Shown here piece by piece: positions 57,475 to 64,000 of a stretch of DNA of 64,000 bases (position 1 is its first letter; each line of letters opens with the position of its first letter). Made by a program: the position numbers and the translations under genes. Where the stretch lies: assembly GCA_041648335.1 (NCBI GenBank), contig JBAZPG010000004.1, forward strand, positions 13,793-77,792, written 5' to 3'. The notes beneath the pieces were generated by a model. It did no database searches, had not been told where the DNA came from, and saw nothing but the letters and a program-made list of their open reading frames with translations. The stretch is from Candidatus Micrarchaeia archaeon. GTDB taxonomy: Archaea; Micrarchaeota; Micrarchaeia; Norongarragalinales; Norongarragalinaceae.

Positions 57475-58101
57475 TTAATTGCTTTCCCGTGACGGACACA
57501 ACGCGCGCACCACGCACTTTCCGCAACGCGGTTTGCGCGCCACGCACACGCGCCTCCCGTGCTCCACGAGCAGCTCGTTCAACGCCCACCATTTGCCGCG
57601 GGGGAAGAGCGCCATCAAGTCGCGTTCGATTCCCGCCTGCGTGTTTCGCAGCGTGAAACCGAGGCGCCGGCTCAACCGCCAGACGTGCGTGTCCACTGCC
57701 ACGCCTTCCACGCGCTGGAACGCGAGCGACAAAACGATGTTCGCCGTCTTGCGCCCGACGCCCGGCAGCGCCACGAGTTCGGACATCGAGCGTGGAACAA
57801 GACCGCCGTGCTTCTCAACTATCGCCTTGGCTGCGCCCTTCAAGTGCCGCGCCTTCTGGCGGTAGTAACCCGTGGAACGCACGAGTTTTTCAAGTTCGCT
57901 CGCATTCGCGCGCGAGAAATCCGCGGGCGTCTTGAAGCGCGCGAACAACGCGGGCATTACTTTGTCGACGCGCGCGTCCGTGCACTGGGCGGATAAAATC
58001 GTTGCGACGAGCAAGTGGAATGCATCCCCCTTGCCGAGGGAAGGCTCGCCGTATTCTTTATCGAGTCGGGCGAGCACCCGCAACGCCTTGGCGCGCTTCA
58101 C
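57475..58101 (-). CDS. nth: endonuclease III (HhH-GPD DNA glycosylase with a [4Fe-4S] cluster)
   Basis: HhH motif LPGVGRKTANIVL, catalytic-Asp region VDTHV, C-terminal C-x6-C-x2-C-x5-C. The Arg-rich N-terminal extension of the ORF is discounted, so the start is approximate. Confidence 0.85.
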   Translation of the reverse strand: MKRAKALRVLARLDKEYGEPSLGKGDAFHLLVATILSAQCTDARVDKVMPALFARFKTPADFSRANASELEKLVRSTGYYRQKARHLKGAAKAIVEKHGGLVPRSMSELVALPGVGRKTANIVLSLAFQRVEGVAVDTHVWRLSRRLGFTLRNTQAGIERDLMALFPRGKWWALNELLVEHGRRVCVARKPRCGKCVVRALCPSRESN

Positions 58102-58583
58102 CGCTTCTTCCCTTTCCCGAAAGCCAGCCGGATGCGCGCCTTGACTTCCTTCGAGCCGCGGTGCTCGCGCCTGATTTCCGCGAGGCACTTCGCCACGAGG
58201 CGCTTGTTCTTCCAGCGCGCGACTTCCGCGAGCACGGCGTCCAAATCCGTTTTGCTCACCTTGCCCACCAGTTCGACAACGCGGCGCTGGAGTGCGGGGT
58301 CGCTCTTCCCAGCCATCATCGACAACAACGGGAGGATTCTGCTCGACGGCTCGCTGCTCCCGCGTGCGGGGCGCGCGAACTCGAACACGAAAACGGATTC
58401 CACCGGCGTGCCGAGCACGCGGCACAACCGCGCCGCCTGCTCGAGCGAGGGCATGCCGCCCTTGTCGATGCGTTTGGTTTCGCGTTCGGAGACGCCCGCA
58501 GCCGAGGCGAGTTCGGCTATAGCGTATTTTTTCTTTTCGCGTTCCGCGCGCAACAAGCTCTTTTTACCGGTAACCTTCAACAC
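58098..58583 (-). CDS. XRE-family HTH (HTH_3) regulator with a C-terminal extension
   Basis: YAIAELASAAGVSERETKRIDKGGMPSLEQAARLCRVLG matches the HTH_3 pattern. The start is approximate, and the stop abuts the nth start. Confidence 0.4.
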   Translation of the reverse strand: MLKVTGKKSLLRAEREKKKYAIAELASAAGVSERETKRIDKGGMPSLEQAARLCRVLGTPVESVFVFEFARPARGSSEPSSRILPLLSMMAGKSDPALQRRVVELVGKVSKTDLDAVLAEVARWKNKRLVAKCLAEIRREHRGSKEVKARIRLAFGKGKKR

Positions 58584-58621
58584 GATTTTGCCCCACCGAA
58601 CCCGTAACCGCGGGCGCACTT

Positions 58622-59257
58622 TTAACGCTTTTGACGCGGCTTGATTTTGTTAGCAACCAGTTTCGCCAGTTTGGCGTGGCTCTCCTTGGTTAAGTGTACC
58701 CCGTCTTTCCCGACTTTCAAGCCGCTCGCGTCAACGAACCCGCATTTGTTTTTCTTGGCTATTTTGGAGTAAACTGCGCTCAATCTCTTCGACTTTTCAG
58801 TTCCGCCGGCGTACCTTTCTTTCGTGTAATCAGTTGTTTCATCTATTACCGCGGGCGAGATGATTAGCACTTTCCGTTTTTTAGCCCCGCACTGCGACTT
58901 CCTAGTCAACGCGACTTTCACGAAGTAAGTCTCTAACAGCCCGCCTATTTCTTCGGGTGTGTTGTCGAATTCTTCCTTTAGCTCGGTAGTGCCGAGAAGG
59001 AGTATTACCCATTCGAGCGGGTCATGAGAGTCCAAGCAGGGAACGAAATAATCGCTTCCGCGCCTGCCTTCCTTGTTCGGCCGGGCATATACTGAGTGTA
59101 ACGTCCTGCTGTTCAAACCCTCCTCAATTACTTCGAAGTCTGACCCGAGCAGTTTTTTTAATACTTTCGGGAACCTCACTTCTTCAGAAAAACGTTTGAA
59201 CCTAGTGTTTGGAATGCAGCCCCAAACGTTCGAGTCGCCGAAGCAAAGTATTCTAAC
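58622..59257 (-). CDS. SGNH/GDSL hydrolase (arylesterase/lipase-like); no canonical start codon found upstream of the GDS motif
   Basis: The in-frame upstream translation reads ..VRILCFGDSNVWGCIP.., an N-terminal GDSL block. Between the preceding stop (TAA) and FGDSN there is no ATG/GTG/TTG, only ATA/GTT codons. Confidence 0.6.
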   Translation of the reverse strand, partial: VRILCFGDSNVWGCIPNTRFKRFSEEVRFPKVLKKLLGSDFEVIEEGLNSRTLHSVYARPNKEGRRGSDYFVPCLDSHDPLEWVILLLGTTELKEEFDNTPEEIGGLLETYFVKVALTRKSQCGAKKRKVLIISPAVIDETTDYTKERYAGGTEKSKRLSAVYSKIAKKNKCGFVDASGLKVGKDGVHLTKESHAKLAKLVANKIKPRQKR

Positions 59258-59339
59258 GGTCAGATCGTTCCACCGAACCCGTAACCCCGCGCTCGTTTTT
59301 AACCGTTCACTTTAAAACCGCGCAGCGGTTAACCGCCTG

Positions 59340-60419
59340 ATGAAAGCGGACAACAAGGGCGTGCTCGTTTATTCACTGGACCCCTCGGTTAAAGGCGTGG
59401 AGCCGCGCGCGCGCTTCGAGCGCACCAAACGCTTCGACAGCCGCTTTACCCTCGCGAAACAATACGACGGCGGCGCCCCGGCGTTCGAGAAGGGCTGGCT
59501 TTACTCGTTCGTGGGCGGCGAAGAAGCGAGCGGTTTCATCGCGCTCGGCTTCGACGGCTCGAACTCGTTCCTGTTCAACGAGCTCCGCGCGAACGGGAAG
59601 ACTTTCCGTTTGGGCGAGGGTTTGCACGCGGCGCGCTTTGACTCCCGCCGCGGCAGTGCGCGCATACGCGAGCCCGGCGTCGAGTTGGATTGGAGCGGGG
59701 CAAACGCTTGTTACCGCGTGCGCTTCAAGTGCCGCAAGGATGCTAACGAGCTAGAACTCGTTTATTCGTTCAAGAGGATTAAGCAATCAATCGGGGGCTA
59801 CCGCGCGGTTTTCGAGGAGTACGGCGGGGTACTGGGTTACTTTATTTTCTCGCCGTGCCACGGGAAACTCGAAATCAAGGTGAAGGGGGACGCCGAGGTT
59901 TTCTCGAAGGGTTTGTCCTGCCTCGCGAACAAAACCGTCGAATCGGATTTCGCCTATTGCGAGAACGTGCGTTCCCTCGTGCCTTTCGCCTCGATGGGTT
60001 GGCATTGGACGCTGTTGTGCTGCCGCGACCCAGCCGGGCGTCCGGAGAAAATCGTTGGTTTCATGGACATGTTCTTCGGGAAGGCGCCCGGCATCCCGCT
60101 CAACTTGCAATTGTATTCGGTGGACTTGGCTACGGGGCGTCTTGACGTGTATGGCAACCCCCGTGTGCGTTACTCGCACGGCGCGATTCCCTCGTTGGCA
60201 GTTGAAAGCAGGGATAAGGCGCTCTCGCTCGCGGTCCGCAAGGTGAACGCGGGCGCCGAACAGGAAATCCGCGGGAAAAAACTCGCGGGCGTCCTGGAGA
60301 CCGCGGACATCGATTACCGCGCCTACCCCTCGAAGGGCGTCGTGAAATTCAACGGCAAACGGCGCGCCGCGACGGGCACGAGCGAGTATGCGGGCTTCAG
60401 GAAGGGCTACTGGCTATAA
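59340..60419 (+). CDS. hypothetical protein (359 aa)
   Basis: Long ORF with typical coding composition; no motif recognised. Confidence 0.4.
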   Translation: MKADNKGVLVYSLDPSVKGVEPRARFERTKRFDSRFTLAKQYDGGAPAFEKGWLYSFVGGEEASGFIALGFDGSNSFLFNELRANGKTFRLGEGLHAARFDSRRGSARIREPGVELDWSGANACYRVRFKCRKDANELELVYSFKRIKQSIGGYRAVFEEYGGVLGYFIFSPCHGKLEIKVKGDAEVFSKGLSCLANKTVESDFAYCENVRSLVPFASMGWHWTLLCCRDPAGRPEKIVGFMDMFFGKAPGIPLNLQLYSVDLATGRLDVYGNPRVRYSHGAIPSLAVESRDKALSLAVRKVNAGAEQEIRGKKLAGVLETADIDYRAYPSKGVVKFNGKRRAATGTSEYAGFRKGYWL

Positions 60420-60446
60420 ATAAGCCGCGTGCCCAGTTGAATCCAG

Positions 60447-61301
60447 GTGTCTGTTTTGCTTTTGTCACGGGTTGAAGGGGAACGCGCGCGTCCGACAAGT
60501 AGTCCTGTTTTTTCTAAAATTTACAAAGACAGGCTGGACGAGCACCTGAACCAGCAAATGAGTGGCGTAATCAGCGGTTGGACCCCAAGTCCGCGCGAGC
60601 CGCTAAATTTCCAGACTATTCACGAGGAATTGAAACTGCCCAAAAGTTTATCTGTCCGCGCCGAACAATACTGCATTTGGCGGCTGCGGGGCTACTTGCG
60701 CGGCACGGGAAAACTTCCGGCGTGGTATGCTAAGTTGTCGTCCAAGGCGCGCGCCAGGATTCCGGATGCGGTGCTGTTCGGGTTGCGTGACTCGAAGCAT
60801 CCGAATGCCGTGCGGCTTTTAGGCGAAACGCTGGATCGTGCGGAAGAAATGTTGCCAGTGGACGCGAAAAGCAAGGCTAGCGCCTACAAAAATCTGTGCG
60901 AACGGGTACACTATTTTTTTGCGCGCGGACCCGGCAGGCCTGACGAACGGGGGGATTTGACGAAAACCTCGTTTTCCGTGTTATCCAAGTTAACCGAACA
61001 CAAAGAACCCACAATCCGTTTTGAAGCCAAAGAAATAATACGAATGATTGCCGCCCATCATCCGAAAATTCAACAAAGCTTGCCTAATTTGTTCGACCTG
61101 ATTGCGGGAACGCCCTATAGCCATACTACCGAGCCTCACATTGTTTCCCGCAACAATATCGTGCACTCACCAGAATACAATAAAATATTGTTAGCCGCGT
61201 TAAGAGAGGTAACCCTCGAAGGCGAGGTTTCCGAAGATACGCACATATTGGAAGCCCGTTTCAACAAAAAAGTTTTGCACGCGCACGGGCTACTCAACTA
61301 G
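60447..61301 (+). CDS. hypothetical protein, possibly alpha-helical repeat; start uncertain
   Basis: 284-aa ORF; N-terminal ~35 aa doubtful. Confidence 0.3.
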   Translation: MSVLLLSRVEGERARPTSSPVFSKIYKDRLDEHLNQQMSGVISGWTPSPREPLNFQTIHEELKLPKSLSVRAEQYCIWRLRGYLRGTGKLPAWYAKLSSKARARIPDAVLFGLRDSKHPNAVRLLGETLDRAEEMLPVDAKSKASAYKNLCERVHYFFARGPGRPDERGDLTKTSFSVLSKLTEHKEPTIRFEAKEIIRMIAAHHPKIQQSLPNLFDLIAGTPYSHTTEPHIVSRNNIVHSPEYNKILLAALREVTLEGEVSEDTHILEARFNKKVLHAHGLLN

Positions 61302-61317
61302 TAACCGGGGCCTGCGT

Positions 61318-62139
61318 TCAACGCCGCTTGGGCGCGGGGCGCTTGCCTTTCTTCAACAATGCCGCGGCAGCCGTCCAGTCGCCCGGATGCCACGGGGTCC
61401 CTGCGCGCGTTCCCCGCATATATAAGTCGCCTGTTTCGCGCGGGTTCTTCACAGGGTTGAACATCTTTAACACGCGGTTCAACGGGTGCCCCCTCGGGAG
61501 GGCGTCAGCAAACTCGAATAAATTGTGCGCGGCTTTCGAACGGACCGCGGGGTTCGCGTGCCGCAAACCCGCGCTTCCCAGCAACTTCAAAATCGCGGCG
61601 TGCGCTTCCGCTTCGGGCAACGGCGTTTCCCTTGGCTCGGGGGCAACCGCCTGCGTTGCACGCTCTTTAATTCGTTTGACTATTTGTTTTCGCGCTTCCT
61701 CGATTGCGGAGCGCGCCTCGTCCGCCTCGCCTTCTTTCGGAGTCAGGTAACCCAAGTGTTCGGGTTTGTGCCCCAATTCGCCGAGCGCTTGCGCGAGTAT
61801 GCCCCGCGTGTCCTCGCTGAACGGGTGGGTCGCGCGGAACAACTCCCCGATTTTGTCCGTCAAGCCGCGCGCCTTGTTCTCCGCTGCAGCGCGGGCGAAG
61901 GTCTCCCTGACCCCGCGGTTGCTGTCATTCAAGCCGCGTTCGATGACTCCCACGGCGTAAGGGTGCGGACGGTTGATTAACGCTAAACCCACGGCTTCCC
62001 GCACCGCTGGGTCCGGGTGCTCCACGAAGCGCGCGATGCGTTCGACGAACCGGCCGTTGTCCTCCTCCTGCCGGGATACCAGCTCGATTCGTTTCAATGC
62101 TTTTGCAGTGTGCGGCGTTCCAGTCGGCATGCTTTTCAC
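61318..62139 (-). CDS. HEAT-repeat (PBS-lyase-type) protein
   Basis: DPAVREAVGLALIN, NRGVRETFARAAAEN and further HEAT-like repeats. Confidence 0.65.
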   Translation of the reverse strand: MKSMPTGTPHTAKALKRIELVSRQEEDNGRFVERIARFVEHPDPAVREAVGLALINRPHPYAVGVIERGLNDSNRGVRETFARAAAENKARGLTDKIGELFRATHPFSEDTRGILAQALGELGHKPEHLGYLTPKEGEADEARSAIEEARKQIVKRIKERATQAVAPEPRETPLPEAEAHAAILKLLGSAGLRHANPAVRSKAAHNLFEFADALPRGHPLNRVLKMFNPVKNPRETGDLYMRGTRAGTPWHPGDWTAAAALLKKGKRPAPKRR

Positions 62140-62381
62140 TCCTTCAACGCATTCAGTTTAACTACGAGGGTGCTTATCTGCTTCCCGTTCAACCCGTGCG
62201 CCAAGCATCCTTCTTCAAGGGTTTCGCCGCGCGCCATCGCGCAACCAACGCACCCGAGCCCGGCTTCGGCGAGGAGGCGTGCCCCATCCAGTCCCGTTAC
62301 CTCGAGCACTTTTGAAATCAGCCAGTTCTTTTCAACCATTTCGATTAACCCAATTCGGGCGTTCCGGTTATTTAACTTCAC
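62136..62381 (-). CDS. DUF1858-like redox disulfide protein (hybrid-cluster-protein-associated CxxC domain)
   Basis: 81 aa with GCVGCAMA motif; overlaps the upstream HEAT gene by 4 nt. Confidence 0.55.
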   Translation of the reverse strand: MKLNNRNARIGLIEMVEKNWLISKVLEVTGLDGARLLAEAGLGCVGCAMARGETLEEGCLAHGLNGKQISTLVVKLNALKE

Positions 62382-62402
62382 TCGCGGCTCGTTAAATTTG
62401 TT

Positions 62403-62852
62403 TTACTCGGGTTTGAGGTTGCCTTCGAGTGCCTTGAGTTGTTTCGCGGTGGTGGTGATCCAGGCGGGTGGTTGCCCGAGGTGCTCGCCTTTCACTAGTG
62501 CTTGGTAAAACGTGATGAATGCTTTCGGGTTGTCGACAGGGTTTACGTGTTGGCGGGCGATTACTGCCAGGTTATCGGGGTGCTCGTTCTTGATTGCTTC
62601 AGCAATTGCACCGATTGCTCGAGCGGCGTAATCGCGCACAAGTGAGTCAGGGTCGTTTATTCCTTTTTCTGGTGCGGTTAATGGTTCGAGTCCGTCGTAG
62701 TGTCCTATTGCGCCGATTACTGCGGCAGCGTTTGCACGTATTACCGCCCACCGTTCGTTATTTGTATCGGAGTAGCTTAATTTTTTTACCTCGCTTTGAA
62801 ATCGCTCGTATTGCGAGTGCCCGGGTTCCATTGGTCGGATGCGGGGAGTCAT
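62403..62852 (-). CDS. small HEAT-repeat protein, member of a tandem paralog array (1 of 3)
   Basis: Ends ..FYQALVKGEHLGQPPAWITTTAKQLKALEGNLKPE; N-terminal PMEPGHSQYERFQS; start immediately follows the stop of the upstream paralog. Confidence 0.6.
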   Translation of the reverse strand: MTPRIRPMEPGHSQYERFQSEVKKLSYSDTNNERWAVIRANAAAVIGAIGHYDGLEPLTAPEKGINDPDSLVRDYAARAIGAIAEAIKNEHPDNLAVIARQHVNPVDNPKAFITFYQALVKGEHLGQPPAWITTTAKQLKALEGNLKPE

Positions 62853-63493
62853 TTCAGGTTGCCTTCCAACGCTTTCAGTTGTTTCGCGTAAGTAGTAATC
62901 CAGGCGGGCGGTTGCCCGAGGTGCTCGCCGTTCATTAGTGCTTGGTAAAACTTGAAGAAGGCTTTCCAGTGTTCGTTGGGGTTGATGTGGTTCGCGGCGA
63001 TTGCGAGAATGTGGTCGGGATGAGTTATCTTAATTTTTTCGGCGATTGTAATGAGTGCCAGACGGAGGTTCTCAAGTATGCCCTGATTGTATGGTTCGTT
63101 TAAGGCAAAGTGTATGTTTAGTTTTTCGGTTATGACGGGTATTACATTGATTACTAGTTTGTTATTGGGCTGTTCTGTGCTGGTTTTTTCTAATATTTCT
63201 CTGAGCGCATCCGTAGCGATGGCGCGTACTTGATAATCTGAATCGTTTATTCCTTGTTCTTTGGCGGTTAGAAGGGGTATCATATCTGGGTGTCCGATGT
63301 CCCTGAATTTTATTATGGCTGCCGTGCGTTTTTTCCTATCTAGTTCCTCTACCCATTTTATTGCGGCTGCCGCGTCGGCTGCCGTGCGCGTTTTCCAGAC
63401 GTCGTGGTAAGTTAAGTCCATCCTCGCCTTTTGGAAGGCATTGTATTGTGGGTGTTCGCGGTCCATTGGTTGGATGCTTGGTGCGGGTTTCAT
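62849..63493 (-). CDS. small HEAT-repeat protein, tandem paralog (2 of 3)
   Basis: Ends ..FYQALMNGEHLGQPPAWITTYAKQLKALEGNLK. Start set at the ATG (MKPAPSIQPMDREHPQY) that directly follows the upstream stop. Confidence 0.6.
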   Translation of the reverse strand: MKPAPSIQPMDREHPQYNAFQKARMDLTYHDVWKTRTAADAAAAIKWVEELDRKKRTAAIIKFRDIGHPDMIPLLTAKEQGINDSDYQVRAIATDALREILEKTSTEQPNNKLVINVIPVITEKLNIHFALNEPYNQGILENLRLALITIAEKIKITHPDHILAIAANHINPNEHWKAFFKFYQALMNGEHLGQPPAWITTYAKQLKALEGNLK

Positions 63494-63984
63494 TTTAGGT
63501 TGCCTTCCAGCGCTTTCAGTTGTTTCGCGGTGGTGGTGAGCCAAGCGGGCGGTTGCCCGCGGTGCTCGCCTTTCGCTAGTGACTCGTAAAATTTGCTGAA
63601 TGCTTTCGGGTTGTCGATGGGGTTAATGTGTTGGCGGGCGATTACCGCGTGGTGTTCGGGTTGCTCGTCCTTGATTGCTTCAATGATTGCGTTGATTGCT
63701 TTGGCCGCGTATTCGCGCGTCGTTCCATCTAATTCGTAGTTTATTGCTTTTTCGATTAGCGGTTTGATTCCATCTGGGTGACCGATTTTGCCGATTGCTT
63801 GGACGATTTTCCAGCGCACAGCGGTGTATGGCTCGTTTAGTGCTTTTTCTAGTGGTTTGATTCCGGCCGGGTGTCCTATTCTGTCGATTGTTTCGACGCC
63901 TTCCTCGCGGATATATGCTTCGGGGTGGCTTAATTTTTCTACCGCACTTTGGAATCGCTCGTATTGCGGGTGTCCGGGTTTCAT
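63490..63984 (-). CDS. small HEAT-repeat protein, tandem paralog (3 of 3)
   Basis: Ends ..FYESLAKGEHRGQPPAWLTTTAKQLKALEGNLK; N-terminal MKPGHPQYERFQSAVEKL; repeated DGIKPL/IGHPDGIKPL units. Confidence 0.6.
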   Translation of the reverse strand: MKPGHPQYERFQSAVEKLSHPEAYIREEGVETIDRIGHPAGIKPLEKALNEPYTAVRWKIVQAIGKIGHPDGIKPLIEKAINYELDGTTREYAAKAINAIIEAIKDEQPEHHAVIARQHINPIDNPKAFSKFYESLAKGEHRGQPPAWLTTTAKQLKALEGNLK

Positions 63985-64000
63985 CGGTTGAATTTCTTTG

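Noticed and set aside
58102-58425. N-terminal ~108 aa of the nth ORF (Arg/Gly/Pro-rich)
   Set aside because: Low-complexity extension produced by an upstream alternative start. Endonuclease III homology begins near 58101, and the region overlaps the XRE regulator gene.
1-64000. CRISPR arrays, rRNA genes, integrase/transposase genes
   Set aside because: No regularly spaced short direct repeats were seen. No rRNA-like conserved stretches. No ORF with tyrosine/serine recombinase or DDE motifs was recognised.

Overview
GC-rich (~60-65% GC) archaeal chromosome segment. Archaeal-type informational genes (ATP-dependent DNA ligase, SMC, RtcB, PheRS alpha/beta, partial deoxyhypusine synthase) sit beside anaerobe-type metabolism (pyruvate:ferredoxin oxidoreductase, desulfoferrodoxin, nitroreductase). 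Notable content: (1) RtcB carries a LAGLIDADG intein at its catalytic Cys and, further upstream, an in-frame 30-nt hairpin insertion with a TGA codon. (2) Two very large divergently transcribed surface proteins and several secreted proteins with a shared C-terminal anchor motif. (3) Two low-GC insertions with flanking direct repeats. One (40.5-44.8 kb) carries an HTH/HEPN gene array plus a Dam-like methyltransferase with a candidate nuclease. The other (37.4-38.6 kb) carries NTF2-like and P-loop kinase genes. (4) Three tRNA genes, two of them with degenerate partial duplicates nearby, and a PIN-like gene pair between two tRNAs. (5) A tandem array of paralogous HEAT-repeat proteins at the window end. 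No CRISPR array, rRNA, integrase or transposase was recognised. Many long ORFs in the track are GC-rich shadow frames and were not annotated.
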